Shown: piece by piece, positions 29,094 through 39,798 of the stretch | Layout: every line of letters starts with the position of its first letter | Numbering within the stretch: the stretch's first letter is position 1 | Source of the DNA: Sphingobacteriales bacterium | Lineage (GTDB): Bacteria > Bacteroidota > Bacteroidia > Chitinophagales > JADIYW01 | Assembly: GCA_016719635.1 (NCBI GenBank) | Contig: JADJYT010000001.1 | Span: 641,205-705,204 of the forward strand | Length of the DNA: 64,000 nt | Direction of reading: 5' to 3' | Notes under the pieces: generated by a model | Database searches by the model: none | Told to the model about the DNA's origin: nothing | What the model saw: the letters and a program-made list of their open reading frames with translations, nothing else | Position numbers and translations under genes: made by a program

Positions 29094-29926
29094 AGGGTAT
29101 TCATCATCTCATAAATTTTTATACATTCCATCGCTTCCTTCACATCGTGCGCTCGTAAGATGGCTGCTCCGTTTTGCAAAGCAATCATGTGAACTGCCGT
29201 GGTGGCATTCAAAGCATTTTCAGGTGTTGTTTCCAATAACCTGTACAACATACTTTTTCTTGAAAGACCGGTGAGTATGGGTATGCCTAAGATCTCAAAT
29301 ACCTTTAAATGCTTCAACAGGTAGTAATTCTGTTCAAGCGTTTTGGAAAATCCGAAACCAACATCCAGTATAACATCTTTAATGCCAAACATTTTGGCCC
29401 GCTTCGTTTGCGCAATGAAATAATCCATCATATCCGGCAGTAAATTATTGTAATGCTGAATTTGATGCATATTAGAAATACCACCCTGTAGATGCATCAG
29501 GATGAATGGACAATTCAAATCCGCCACGATTTCAAACATCTTTTCATCTTCCGTACCGCCGGAAATATCATTTACAATCATTGCCCCCTGTTCAACAGCC
29601 TCTTTTACCACGCGGCTTCTGAATGTATCGATACTGATAACAATATCCGGGAACTCTCGGATAATAATTTTGATGGCAGGAATAACCCTTTGCAACTCTT
29701 CCTCCGCAGAAACCATGGATGCACCGGGCCGGGAAGACATACCGCCGATATCAATCATGGCAGCTCCCTCACTCAGCATTTTTTCCACTTGCATTATCAA
29801 TTGAGCGTCTGCTACATAATTGCCTCCATCAAAAAAGGAATCCGGCGTAACATTCAATATACCCATTACAATAGGCTTATTGATTGTCAGTAACTTACCT
29901 CTGCAATTAAATGTAAAATTTTGCAT
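29090..29926 (-). CDS. folP: dihydropteroate synthase
   Basis: 278 aa. GILNVTPDSFFDGG, IDIGGMSSRPG, GFGFSKT and LRAHDV motifs. Confidence 0.9.
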   Translation of the reverse strand: MQNFTFNCRGKLLTINKPIVMGILNVTPDSFFDGGNYVADAQLIMQVEKMLSEGAAMIDIGGMSSRPGASMVSAEEELQRVIPAIKIIIREFPDIVISIDTFRSRVVKEAVEQGAMIVNDISGGTEDEKMFEIVADLNCPFILMHLQGGISNMHQIQHYNNLLPDMMDYFIAQTKRAKMFGIKDVILDVGFGFSKTLEQNYYLLKHLKVFEILGIPILTGLSRKSMLYRLLETTPENALNATTAVHMIALQNGAAILRAHDVKEAMECIKIYEMMNTL

Positions 29927-30007
29927 AAAAATTCCTACCGCTGTAACTTTTGGTTGAAAACGAAGTTAAAGTTATGTATTTTTAGCGATTGAACTAAAGT
30001 ATTTCTT

Positions 30008-30553
30008 GTGAACGAAAAGACATTGAAACAATACGAACGTGCATTTGCAAGATGTGCCGCTGTTTTTGTCAATAAAACAAAAGATTACGGAACCTCCTGG
30101 CGGATATTGCGGACCCGCTCCATTACAGACCAGATATATATAAAAGCAAAACGTATCCGTACAATTGATGAAACGGGCGAAAACAAAGTGGGCGACAGTA
30201 TTGAATCTGAATTTACAGGTTGTGTCAATTATGGTATTATCGCATTGATACAGTTAAGTCTGGAAAACAAAAAAGATGTTCCGGTTGAACTGAATGCGGA
30301 AGATGCAAATGCAATGTACGACCATCAATACGATACTATAAAGAAATTATTTCTGGCAAAAAACCATGATTACGGCGAAGCCTGGAGAGATATGCGTATC
30401 AGCTCCTATACGGATTTAATCTTATCCAAACTGCATCGCATCAAGCAGATTGAAGAGAATAAAGGGCAAACGATCATTTCTGAGGGAATTGATGCTAACT
30501 ATATGGATATCGTCAATTATGCCATTTTTGCAATCATTAAATTAAATGAATAG
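30008..30553 (+). CDS. DUF1599 domain protein (conserved divergent neighbour of folP in Bacteroidota)
   Basis: 181 aa, two internal repeats (DYGTSWRILR... / DYGEAWRDMR...). GTG start. Confidence 0.7.
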   Translation: MNEKTLKQYERAFARCAAVFVNKTKDYGTSWRILRTRSITDQIYIKAKRIRTIDETGENKVGDSIESEFTGCVNYGIIALIQLSLENKKDVPVELNAEDANAMYDHQYDTIKKLFLAKNHDYGEAWRDMRISSYTDLILSKLHRIKQIEENKGQTIISEGIDANYMDIVNYAIFAIIKLNE

Positions 30554-30615
30554 ATTTTCCGTATGCGTCTTACAACGCTCAAACGGTATTTTTTTATATT
30601 AAAAATATTTAAACC

Positions 30616-31845
30616 ATGGATCTAATTACACTTATAGGACTTTTTGCTGCCATCGCATTTGCATTGACAATTTTAGGAAAATTCCTCCTGAAGCAACAAA
30701 ATATAGCCATTAATTTCATACGCTATTTCGTCGGAGTATGGTTTATCTTTTCAGGTGTTGTAAAAGCCATTGACCCCACAGGCACCGCCATAAAAATGGA
30801 GGAATATTTTGAAATGTTTGAAAAATATGTTCCGGCCCTGACTTTTTTGTGGAAGATAATGGCCGAGCAGGCTTTGGCTGTTTCAGTATTGATGATTGTA
30901 CTGGAGATTTACCTGGGCATCGCATTGATTTTAGGAACCTGGAAAAAAAGCACCATATGGCTGCTGGTGCTGTTGATTGCCTTCTTTACGTTCCTGACCG
31001 GATTTTCCGCCAAAACAGGTAAGGTAACAGACTGCGGATGTTTTGGTGACTTCATAAAACTTGCGCCTGTTCAGTCCTTTTATAAGGATGTTTTCCTGAC
31101 TGCACTGATACTCATTATCTTATTCGGACAAAAATCAATCAAGGAAATTCTTCCCAAAAGAATAAACAAAGTTGCACTCCTCCTGCTGACGCTTGCAGCG
31201 GTTGTATTTACATTCAGAAATATCTATTATGAACCGATTAAAGATTTTCGTCCCTATTCAGTAGGAACCTCCATTCCGGATTGCCTGAAACTGCCGCCAA
31301 ATGCCAAACCCTATAAGTATGAAAACACCTTTATCTATAAAAACAAGAAAAGCGGTGAGGTAAAAGAGTTCAAAAACAGCTGGCCGCAGGATATGGATAA
31401 CTGGACATTTGTGGACAGGAAAGATGTAATGATTCAAAAAGGCGATGATCCTAAGTGCAAGGATTTTGCCATCAAGGATGCCAACGGAGGCGACAATTCC
31501 TCCTCCTTCTTTGAAGAAGAAGAGCATATATTTTTCATCATTATCCCGGATCTGAAAAAAGTCTGCGACAAAGGGTTTGATAAAATCAGGCCAATTGCTG
31601 AAGCTGCCGCTAAAGAGGGGAAATATGTTTTTATACTTACAGGCAGCATCATCAGCGATGTGCAGGCATATGAGAAAAAGTACAATATGGATTATGAAAT
31701 CTATAATGCGGATGCCACCCCGTTAAAAACCATCATGCGTTCCAATCCTGGATTACTGATTCTGAAAAAGGGCGTTATCGCCGGAAAATACCATTACAAT
31801 GAATTAAGCACCTACGATGCGTTGAAAAAAAGTGTTTTAAAATAA
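30616..31845 (+). CDS. DoxX-like membrane domain fused to a thioredoxin-like domain (BT_3928-like)
   Basis: 409 aa. About 5 N-terminal TM helices with a DCGCFGD motif and a soluble C-terminal half. Confidence 0.55.
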   Translation: MDLITLIGLFAAIAFALTILGKFLLKQQNIAINFIRYFVGVWFIFSGVVKAIDPTGTAIKMEEYFEMFEKYVPALTFLWKIMAEQALAVSVLMIVLEIYLGIALILGTWKKSTIWLLVLLIAFFTFLTGFSAKTGKVTDCGCFGDFIKLAPVQSFYKDVFLTALILIILFGQKSIKEILPKRINKVALLLLTLAAVVFTFRNIYYEPIKDFRPYSVGTSIPDCLKLPPNAKPYKYENTFIYKNKKSGEVKEFKNSWPQDMDNWTFVDRKDVMIQKGDDPKCKDFAIKDANGGDNSSSFFEEEEHIFFIIIPDLKKVCDKGFDKIRPIAEAAAKEGKYVFILTGSIISDVQAYEKKYNMDYEIYNADATPLKTIMRSNPGLLILKKGVIAGKYHYNELSTYDALKKSVLK

Positions 31846-31876
31846 TTATCTTTCCGTTCATCTTTCAGGGCAATCT

Positions 31877-32938
31877 ATGTACAAATTCATACTTACTAAA
31901 TTTTTCTACGGAATACTGGTGTTGATTGGCGTCATTTTCGTCATTTTCGCCTTGTTCAATCTTTTACCGGTTGATCCTGCACGTCTGACACTGGGGCAAC
32001 GCGCAGATGTGGAATCGGTGGAAGCCATCAACAAAGAACTCGGACTGGACCAACCAAAATACATTCAGTTTGCTTTGTATTTGAATGACCTCTCTCCTAT
32101 TGCCGTTCACTATGATGATGTGGCCACCGAACAAAAGTATAAATATCAAAAAATCCTCTCTGTCAGTAAAGAGAAAGCACTGGTCATCAAAGCTCCGTTT
32201 TTGCGCCGCTCTTACCAAACCAAAGAAGAAGTCTTAGCAATACTTAAGCGGGCCCTACCTCAAACTATCATTCTGGCTTTTGCTGCGATGATTATTGCGA
32301 GTATTGTTGGCATTTTCCTCGGAGTGATTGCCGCCGTTAAGCAACATTCCTGGTTTGATAATTTAGCCATGTCCCTGTCTGTATTGGGTATTTCTGTTCC
32401 TTCTTATTTTTCAGCCATAGTGTTGGGTTATTTCTTCGGAATTGTCCTTCATAATGTTACCGGTCTTGAACAAACTGGCGGGCTCACGGTGATTGATGAT
32501 TACGGCAACGAAATTCTGGAATTAAAGAATCTGATATTGCCGGCAATTGCACTCGGCTCCCGACCGATTGGAATCATCTTTCAGCTGACCAGAAGCGCCA
32601 TGCTCGATGTATTGTCGCAAGACTATATACGTACAGCCAGAGCAAAAGGACTGGCATTTAAAAGTGTGTTGTTTAAACATGCCCTGCGCAATGCGTTGAA
32701 TCCGGTGGTAACTACGATTTCCGGCTGGTTCGCCTCATTGCTGGCAGGTGCATTTTTTGTGGAAGTGATTTTTGATATAAAAGGACTGGGATATACCGCC
32801 GTTGATGCACTTCAAAAATTTGACTTTCCCGTGGCTATGGGTACCGTTTTATTTACCGCATCGGTTTTTATTGTGATGAGTTTTCTGGTAGATATCCTAT
32901 ATGCTGTACTGGATCCAAGAATCAGAATCGGGAAATAA
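31877..32938 (+). CDS. ABC transporter permease, Dpp/Opp (binding-protein-dependent) type
   Basis: 353 aa. N-terminal TM plus LGLDQP motif, EAA-like loop DYIRTARAKGL. No cognate ATPase or binding-protein gene adjacent. Confidence 0.85.
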   Translation: MYKFILTKFFYGILVLIGVIFVIFALFNLLPVDPARLTLGQRADVESVEAINKELGLDQPKYIQFALYLNDLSPIAVHYDDVATEQKYKYQKILSVSKEKALVIKAPFLRRSYQTKEEVLAILKRALPQTIILAFAAMIIASIVGIFLGVIAAVKQHSWFDNLAMSLSVLGISVPSYFSAIVLGYFFGIVLHNVTGLEQTGGLTVIDDYGNEILELKNLILPAIALGSRPIGIIFQLTRSAMLDVLSQDYIRTARAKGLAFKSVLFKHALRNALNPVVTTISGWFASLLAGAFFVEVIFDIKGLGYTAVDALQKFDFPVAMGTVLFTASVFIVMSFLVDILYAVLDPRIRIGK

Positions 32939-32978
32939 GCAAATTTCACCGACATAGAAATAATATAAAACACAAACA

Positions 32979-33491
32979 ATGCTTGTATTTCTAATAGGCT
33001 TCATGGGTTGCGGAAAATCATACGTAGGAAGAAATCTGGCTCCCCTGATGGGTTTTGATTACCTGGATATTGACAAACACATTGAAGAAATGGAAGGACT
33101 AACCGTGAAAGAAATCCTTGAACAGAAAGGCGAAGCCTATTTCAGGCAAAGAGAGCGGGAAATCATACTAGCGTTGGACAGTTCGGAAAACAGGATAGTG
33201 AGTACAGGGGGCGGTGCGCCTTGTTTTTTTGACAACATGGATTTGATGAATGAAAAAGGACTGACCATTTACTTAAACAGGACAAAAAAACTGGTCGTTT
33301 ACCGTTTACTGAAAGGACAACATAAGCGGCCTTTGCTAACAGGCTTATCCACGGAAGAACTGGAAAAATTCTATGATGAACGTTTAGAAATCAGAAAATC
33401 CTATTATGAAAAGGCAAAAATTTTTGCTGGGGATGCCGGTGTGGAAGAAATAAGGGAAATGATTGACAATTCCAGTCAACACAACCAATAA
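32979..33491 (+). CDS. aroK: shikimate kinase
   Basis: 170 aa. P-loop GFMGCGKS, FRQREREI, STGGG. Confidence 0.85.
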   Translation: MLVFLIGFMGCGKSYVGRNLAPLMGFDYLDIDKHIEEMEGLTVKEILEQKGEAYFRQREREIILALDSSENRIVSTGGGAPCFFDNMDLMNEKGLTIYLNRTKKLVVYRLLKGQHKRPLLTGLSTEELEKFYDERLEIRKSYYEKAKIFAGDAGVEEIREMIDNSSQHNQ

Positions 33492-34145
33492 TCAGATGGC
33501 GATTTTTTTGCCGAGAAAATGAGGCTGTGTATTAAAAACATATAAATCAGCAAAAAGCAAGACCCTCGCCATCTTTTCCCTGACCATGTTGTACAGGTTA
33601 TCCCTGAAACTGACCATCTGAGCATTAAACCCGACAGCTTCCAGTCCATATCGCCGTGCTATAAATAAGGCTCGTTCATTGTGAAATTGCTGGGAAATGA
33701 TAGTCACCGTCTTTTGACCGAACACTTTCTTACAGCGAATAACCGAATCATGTGTACGGAAGCCCGCAAAATCACAAACCATTGCAGAATCCGGAATGCC
33801 TAACTTATGAAAGGCATCTATAAAATCCTCCGGTTCATTGTAGCCGTGCCAGCCATTATCCCCGCTGATTAGAATCTTATCTATCTTTTTTGCTTTCCAT
33901 AATTTATAGGCTGCTTCCACCCTGAACTGCCAGAAAGGATTGATGGTCTTTTTATCATTCATCGTCTTACAGGTGCCTAACAGCAGCCCAATTCTGTTGT
34001 AAGGGACCTTATCAATGTCATCATAAGTTTTACCAGTTGCATTATTCTCCACTCTGTAGGTACAATAAACAACAATTCCCCATCCGATGAGAACCAACGG
34101 AAGATAACCCCTCAGAAACATTTTAACGGAAACTAATTTACGCAT
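33492..34145 (-). CDS. SanA/YdcF (DUF218) family protein
   Basis: 217 aa. N-terminal TM, ILISGDNGWHGYNEPEDF, ISQQFHNERALFIARR. Confidence 0.75.
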   Translation of the reverse strand: MRKLVSVKMFLRGYLPLVLIGWGIVVYCTYRVENNATGKTYDDIDKVPYNRIGLLLGTCKTMNDKKTINPFWQFRVEAAYKLWKAKKIDKILISGDNGWHGYNEPEDFIDAFHKLGIPDSAMVCDFAGFRTHDSVIRCKKVFGQKTVTIISQQFHNERALFIARRYGLEAVGFNAQMVSFRDNLYNMVREKMARVLLFADLYVFNTQPHFLGKKIAI

Positions 34146-34158
34146 TTAAAACAATTCA

Positions 34159-35244
34159 TTATTTTATCTTATAAAAATATTTCAGTTGCAAATCTAGAGG
34201 CAATGATGCGTAACTGAAAAAATTGTCTTTATAGGGAACCTTGTGTTTTTCCAGCAATCGTACCATATTATAACCCGTTGTTCCGACATAAAAGTTCTCA
34301 TCTTTCAGCTCGGTATAAAAAGAGATTTCAGAAGGGTCCGTTTCTTTAAATGAAAATGACTTATCAAACATCGGGTCATTTTTCAGCAGATATTCTGTAG
34401 GCGGTATTTTATTGAAATTTCCTTTCAGTTGATTTTCCATCATAAGGCAGGAGCCTTCCAGTTTTTCCCAGAAGTTCTCAGGGGTGGTAATCCAGAATTT
34501 CTTCTTTTTGAAATAATCCAGATTTCGTTTATTCCTCAGCTTCAAAAACCGGGTAAACAGGAGCTTTTCCTCCTCGATACTGGTGGAGGCATAGGCTTTT
34601 TTCAACAGTTCATTTTCCATTGCAATCGTATCCCTGAAGGCCTGATTGCTCAGATAAATCGTTTGCAGACTGTCCATATCAATCATTTTCTTTTCCTGAT
34701 ACAAACGCAGCACATAAGTCAGGATGGCCTCATTGGCATATTGATATTGATGGTACAACTCATGCATCAGCGCTATAGACCACTCCTGTGTGGTGCCTAT
34801 CACTACTTTTTCCTTTTTGGTAAGTTCCGGAGAACTGCAAAACAATACCGGCGTTCTGTAATTAATATATTCCTTTGCTTTCGGATCAAACTGGAAGGTA
34901 GTTTCCATCACAAATTTGGCACTATCCAAAGGCATCCGCAGCTTCCAGATATTCCAGTCGTAGTCGTTATATAAAAGGCTGTATTTACTTACCTTTTCTT
35001 TCATTTCCGGCATTGGATGAATGAAATAGGAGGCAGAATCCGTAAAATAAACGATGGTACCCGGGAAGTCATTTTTAGCAAAATTATTCCAGTACAATTC
35101 TCCGATATAATTTTTAATCTGACGGATATATTCAAAGCGTTCCGTAATGAGTTTTTCCTGTTCTGTCGGCTGTAGTATTTGTGCATCGACGAGTTGGAAA
35201 GAACCAACAAAAAACATCGCACACCATAGGATTTTCTTATACAT
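34159..35244 (-). CDS. exported hypothetical protein with an HExxH motif
   Basis: I prefer ATG 35244 (MYKKILWCAMFFVGSFQLVDAQ signal peptide), which also removes the overlap with the upstream gene. Contains ALMHELYHQY. No confident family. Confidence 0.5.
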   Translation of the reverse strand: MYKKILWCAMFFVGSFQLVDAQILQPTEQEKLITERFEYIRQIKNYIGELYWNNFAKNDFPGTIVYFTDSASYFIHPMPEMKEKVSKYSLLYNDYDWNIWKLRMPLDSAKFVMETTFQFDPKAKEYINYRTPVLFCSSPELTKKEKVVIGTTQEWSIALMHELYHQYQYANEAILTYVLRLYQEKKMIDMDSLQTIYLSNQAFRDTIAMENELLKKAYASTSIEEEKLLFTRFLKLRNKRNLDYFKKKKFWITTPENFWEKLEGSCLMMENQLKGNFNKIPPTEYLLKNDPMFDKSFSFKETDPSEISFYTELKDENFYVGTTGYNMVRLLEKHKVPYKDNFFSYASLPLDLQLKYFYKIK

Positions 35245-35275
35245 AATTTTTAATTTACAAATATTATTCCACAAT

Positions 35276-35794
35276 TCAAAATAAGTAGGCACCTTCCGCT
35301 TTTTCTTCCATAAACCGGACAATAATATGTTCATTTAATGTAGTGGCGATGGGAAAACCAACTATATCCGCCTTTATCGGAAAGGTTTTATGGGTTCTAT
35401 CCACCAGCACCGCTATAATTATTTTTTTCGGCTGATACATGGTCAGCGGTTTCAACGCAAAAAACAACGTCCTTCCCGTATTGCCTACATCATCCACCAG
35501 CAGAATCGTCTTTCCGTTTAAATCAATGTCATCTCGCAGTCGAACCTCTTCGCTTAACGGTTGCGGCTTATTGATATAAACGGAGGAAAATTCAATTTTC
35601 TTATCCTTGTCGTATTCTTTGAGTTTTGAAGTAATGGTTCTGGCTAAGGCGATTCCGCCACCCGGTTCTATTCCCAATACCACCAGATGGTCATCACCGT
35701 ATGTCAGTTCCAACGCCTGAAAAGACATTCTGTCTAATTTTAATTCTATCTTGGAGGTATCTAATATTTTTTGGGCAGTGGTCGGAATTATCAT
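35276..35794 (-). CDS. phosphoribosyltransferase family protein, PyrR-like
   Basis: 172 aa. PRPP-binding loop ILLVDDVGNTGRTL and AVLVDRTHKTFPIKADIVG. Confidence 0.65.
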   Translation of the reverse strand: MIIPTTAQKILDTSKIELKLDRMSFQALELTYGDDHLVVLGIEPGGGIALARTITSKLKEYDKDKKIEFSSVYINKPQPLSEEVRLRDDIDLNGKTILLVDDVGNTGRTLFFALKPLTMYQPKKIIIAVLVDRTHKTFPIKADIVGFPIATTLNEHIIVRFMEEKAEGAYLF

Positions 35795-35908
35795 GAAAAA
35801 TAATTTAGATTATTTCTAAATAAATAGTAATTTAAACATTCGTTCAAATATAGACTTAAAAATAAATAGATATTGGTGTATTTTCGCAATAATTTCAAAT
35901 AAAATAGC

Positions 35909-37198
35909 ATGAGTTTTTTAACTATCATCCAAATCCTGTTGTTTATCACTCTTGTCGGCGCTTCCTTTTTCGTTGCTTTTCGCAAGTTTAAGGAAATCTA
36001 CGACAACATCAATATGGGAAAACCGGAGCAGATTGACACAACCCTGGGTTTCCGATTGAAGAGTATGTTCCTGATTGCATTCGGACAGAAAAAAATGTTC
36101 AAGCTCACATTTGCTACTCAGATAGAACTAATAGAAATATTTATTGACGGACTGACCGGTAAACACCGCATTTTATATCATGCTTTTGAAGGCAGCTTTC
36201 TGGAAAGCCTTTATGTGTTTGTCATCAACTTCATAGAAATATTATCCCTGCTGACGTTCATCGTGACGATTATTTTCATCTTGCGCAGAACCACGTTTAA
36301 AGTGGCTCGTTTTCAGATGCCGGAACTGAAGGGGTGGCCGTGGAGAGATGCCTTGAACATTCTGGCATTTGAATTGACGTTGATTACATTCATCTTCATG
36401 ATGAACTCGGGTGACAGTGCACTGCACATGAAAGAACACGGTGAAGGATACGGCTTTATTTTAAGCGGTTTTCTGGGGAATATGATATCCTCTTTTCCAA
36501 ATGGGTTATTACACTTTATTGAAAAAACAGGCTGGTGGGGTCATTTATGCATGGTCATGGTCTTTTTGGTATACCTTCCTTATTCCAAACATTTACATAT
36601 CCTGCTAGCATTTCCAAACACCTTCTTCACCCGCCCGGAACCCAAAGGTGAGATGCGCAACATGACAGCGATCGAACACGAAGTGAAGTCGATGCTGGAT
36701 CCGAGTTTTGTCGTACCGGCTACAGACGGTGAAATCAAATTCGGCGCGAAGGATGTATATGATTTATCCTGGAAAAGTTTGCTGGATGCCTATTCCTGCA
36801 CAGAGTGTGGCAGATGTACCGCTGCCTGCCCGGCCAACCAAACCGGCAAAAAACTCTCTCCGAGAAAAATCATGATGGATACCCGCGACCGGATGGAAGA
36901 TATTTCTAAAGGCAAAAAAGAACACGGCCCTGATTTCGCCGACAACAGAAACCTGTTAGGTGATTATGTTACAAAAGAAGAACTGCGCGCCTGCACCACC
37001 TGCAATGCCTGCGTGGAAGAATGTCCCGTTAATATAAGTCCGTTGAATATCATTCTGGAGCTGAGAAGAAACATGATTATGGACGAAGCAGATTCTCCGG
37101 CTGAATGGAACACCATATTCGCCAATATGGAAAATAACCAGGCGCCCTGGCAGTTCTCCCCGGATGACAGATTGAAATGGACGGAAGAACTGAATTAA
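35909..37198 (+). CDS. membrane-anchored (Fe-S)-binding protein with two 4Fe-4S ferredoxin motifs
   Basis: 429 aa. N-terminal TM helices, then CTECGRCTAACP and CTTCNACVEECP. Confidence 0.8.
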   Translation: MSFLTIIQILLFITLVGASFFVAFRKFKEIYDNINMGKPEQIDTTLGFRLKSMFLIAFGQKKMFKLTFATQIELIEIFIDGLTGKHRILYHAFEGSFLESLYVFVINFIEILSLLTFIVTIIFILRRTTFKVARFQMPELKGWPWRDALNILAFELTLITFIFMMNSGDSALHMKEHGEGYGFILSGFLGNMISSFPNGLLHFIEKTGWWGHLCMVMVFLVYLPYSKHLHILLAFPNTFFTRPEPKGEMRNMTAIEHEVKSMLDPSFVVPATDGEIKFGAKDVYDLSWKSLLDAYSCTECGRCTAACPANQTGKKLSPRKIMMDTRDRMEDISKGKKEHGPDFADNRNLLGDYVTKEELRACTTCNACVEECPVNISPLNIILELRRNMIMDEADSPAEWNTIFANMENNQAPWQFSPDDRLKWTEELN

Positions 37199-37243
37199 TC
37201 ATAGAATAACCTTTTTACCAGTAATCTATAACATATTATCAAC

Positions 37244-38029
37244 ATGCAATACAACGTACCAGTACTATCAGAATTAGTTGCCGAAGGCAAAACTCCTGAC
37301 GTCGTGTTTTGGGTAGGCTGTGCAGGCAGTTTCGACCAGCGTGCTCAGCGTGTAACCGTCGCATTCACAAAAATTTTAAACCGGCTTCAAATCAACTTTG
37401 CGGTTTTGGGAACGGAAGAGGCCTGTACCGGCGATCCGGCCAGACGTGCGGGCAATGAATTTGTATTTCAGATGCTGGCTCAGCAGAATATCGCTGCCCT
37501 AAATAATTATGGAGTGAAAAAGATTGTAACCACCTGTCCTCACTGCTTCAATACCCTGAAAAATGAGTACCCCGCATTGGGTGGCAATTACGAGGTTGTG
37601 CATCATTCCACCTATTTACAGCAATTGATCAATGAGGGTAAGCTGAAAGTGGAAGGCGGTACCTTTAAAGGAAAAAAAATCACCTATCATGACTCCTGCT
37701 ACCTTGGCAGAGCCAATGATATCTACGAAGCGCCGCGTGCGGTGATTGAGGCGCTGGACGCTGATTTGGTAGAAATCAAAAAATGCAAAACCAATGGCTT
37801 GTGCTGCGGAGCTGGTGGCGGGCAAATGTTTAAAGAGGACGAGCCGGGCAAAAAGCGCATCAACATCGAACGTACGGAACAACTTATGGAAGTAAATCCG
37901 GATGTGATTGCCGTTGCCTGTCCTTTCTGCAATACCATGATAACAGATGGCGTTAAGAACGAAAACAAACAGGATACGATCAAAGTGGTGGATATAGCGG
38001 AACTGATTGCACAGGCGAACAGTTATTAA
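37244..38029 (+). CDS. (Fe-S)-binding oxidoreductase subunit with two CCG cysteine-rich domains (HdrD/GlcF-like)
   Basis: 261 aa. VGCAGSF...TTCPHC and DSCYLGR...CCGAGGG...ACPFC patterns. Partner of the preceding gene. Confidence 0.8.
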   Translation: MQYNVPVLSELVAEGKTPDVVFWVGCAGSFDQRAQRVTVAFTKILNRLQINFAVLGTEEACTGDPARRAGNEFVFQMLAQQNIAALNNYGVKKIVTTCPHCFNTLKNEYPALGGNYEVVHHSTYLQQLINEGKLKVEGGTFKGKKITYHDSCYLGRANDIYEAPRAVIEALDADLVEIKKCKTNGLCCGAGGGQMFKEDEPGKKRINIERTEQLMEVNPDVIAVACPFCNTMITDGVKNENKQDTIKVVDIAELIAQANSY

Positions 38030-38116
38030 TATTCACGAACGTCATTACCGGGAATAAAGCAATCCTTTCTTATTTAGAGATTGATTCACTTCGTTCGCAA
38101 TGAGAAAAAATGAAAA

Positions 38117-38605
38117 ATGCTGACACCTTACCATATACTGCCAGATGATGCTAAAGTCTGGATTTACCAGGCAAACAGAAGTTTCACGCCCGAAGAGGTT
38201 TGGGATATCAGTGATATACTGGAGAATTTTGTAGATAAATGGCAATCCCACCAACGGGATGTAGCCGGATATGGTTCGCTGTATTACAGACGTTTCCTAG
38301 TGTTGATGGCAGATGAGAATAAATGCGACGTGAGTGGCTGTTCCATAGACAGTTCGGTGAAATTAATACGGGAACTGGAACAGGCTTATGACATTAATTT
38401 CTTTGACCGGATGAAAGTCTGCTATAAAATCACCAATGAACTGGTGGGCAGTTTTCCGTTGCTGCAACTGAATGAACTGATGGAAAAAGGAAAGCTGACT
38501 GAACAGACCATCATTTTCAATAATCTGGTATCCACCAAAAAAGATTTTGAGACGAAGTGGGAAATCCCATTAAATGAAAGTCCGTTCATCAAATTCACCG
38601 TATAA
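38117..38605 (+). CDS. conserved hypothetical cytoplasmic protein
   Basis: 162 aa. ILPDDAKVWIYQANRSFT...DVSGCSIDSSVKLIRELE. I recall homologues across Bacteroidota but no established function. Confidence 0.55.
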   Translation: MLTPYHILPDDAKVWIYQANRSFTPEEVWDISDILENFVDKWQSHQRDVAGYGSLYYRRFLVLMADENKCDVSGCSIDSSVKLIRELEQAYDINFFDRMKVCYKITNELVGSFPLLQLNELMEKGKLTEQTIIFNNLVSTKKDFETKWEIPLNESPFIKFTV

Positions 38606-38642
38606 CAATCTTTTTTCTTATATTTAGGTCAAACATTTCGCA

Positions 38643-39248
38643 ATGCGAACTCGCACCGTCATCCTTTTTGCTGCCATTATCCTGATTTCCAGTTGTGCCC
38701 GGCCCTACCGCAGGATCAACATGTCTTCCATTCCATTCATCAATTTCCGGGAACAGAACACCATTTCCTATTCCATCCGGCAGGGGGTCATGTATAATAT
38801 GAGGAATTACTTTTTTGCCAGACGGGAACAGAAGCAGGATTTGAGTTTAATAGCGCTGAAGATTGTCAATAAATCGGAATTGCCGATCAACATCAGAGAT
38901 TTACAATATTCCTGCGGGGCAACGGTACCGATTGCACCGGTGAGCATGGATGAATACAACAGGGCCATAAAACAAAAGTCAGGCTTATACTGGCTTTATT
39001 CTCTTGGAGTAGTAGTATATCCCAAACCACCCAGAGAGAGTAAAAAATTTATCCCGCTACCATTTGGTATTCCTGTAGCAGCAGCCAATTTTGCCATTGC
39101 ATACACTGCAAACAAGAAAATGGAAAAGGATTTAAGGCAATTGGATTTATCCAATAAGGTAATTCAGCCCGGAGACAGTATCCAGGGAGTGCTGCCCTTC
39201 AAGAATGTTGCAAACTGTGCTGATATTTTTATATCTGTCAGGGAATAA
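38643..39248 (+). CDS. hypothetical lipoprotein
   Basis: MRTRTVILFAAIILISSC lipobox-like signal peptide. 201 aa. Confidence 0.55.
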   Translation: MRTRTVILFAAIILISSCARPYRRINMSSIPFINFREQNTISYSIRQGVMYNMRNYFFARREQKQDLSLIALKIVNKSELPINIRDLQYSCGATVPIAPVSMDEYNRAIKQKSGLYWLYSLGVVVYPKPPRESKKFIPLPFGIPVAAANFAIAYTANKKMEKDLRQLDLSNKVIQPGDSIQGVLPFKNVANCADIFISVRE

Positions 39249-39458
39249 TTCTATGAATATAAAATAATAATAAATTCCGCTGAATCATGTGTTCGGATAT
39301 TTTTTTGCTTCATTTCCTGAAGATATTCCCGGCAAATACCCTCTTTCAATTTATTTATTAAAATTATCAATTATACGAAATAATAAATTCGTTTTCAAAG
39401 CAGAAAGAATTTAAATTTACCCCTTATTTATCAACTATATATACCATTAACATTGCTT

Positions 39459-39758
39459 ATGAATGATGACATCACCGTAGCCGAAAAGGATGTGAAAAAC
39501 TTTATTTTTGTCGGAAAAACGGAAGGCTATAGTTTTTTAGTTCTGCTTTTTATCGCTATGCCTTTAAAGTACATGGCGGGTTATCCTTTGGCGGTGAGAC
39601 TTGTTGGTTCCCTGCATGGCATATTCTTTATCGCATTTATGGTTACCCTCTTTATTTTAGTCAAGAAGAATCGTATCAGCCTGGAGAATGCCACTTATGC
39701 TTTTCTTTTATCGCTGGTACCATTCGGCACTTTCTATCTGAACAGACTGGTGAAATAA
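39459..39758 (+). CDS. DUF3817-like small membrane protein
   Basis: FVGKTEGYSFLVLLFIAMPLKYMAGYPLAVRLVGSLHGIFFIAF. ATG at 39459 (the track uses TTG 39453). Confidence 0.55.
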   Translation: MNDDITVAEKDVKNFIFVGKTEGYSFLVLLFIAMPLKYMAGYPLAVRLVGSLHGIFFIAFMVTLFILVKKNRISLENATYAFLLSLVPFGTFYLNRLVK

Positions 39759-39798
39759 CGGCTGGTTATCTTTCTTTTGCAAAAAAAACTATAAATTA

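Noticed and set aside
34429-34974. 181-aa plus-strand ORF inside the 34159..35244 gene
   Set aside because: It is an antisense shadow. The minus-strand ORF has a signal peptide and fits the tight gene packing.
35791-35985. 64-aa minus-strand ORF in the pyrR-like / Fe-S gene intergenic region
   Set aside because: It overlaps the start of the plus-strand Fe-S gene and has an AT-rich low-complexity sequence (LFYLKLLRKYTNIYLFLSLYLN). It is likely spurious.
35909-37198. Suspicion that the membrane Fe-S protein lacks part of a TM helix after FGQKKMFK, compared with homologues I remember
   Set aside because: This rests only on my memory of homologous sequences. It cannot be supported without an alignment, and the ORF is intact.
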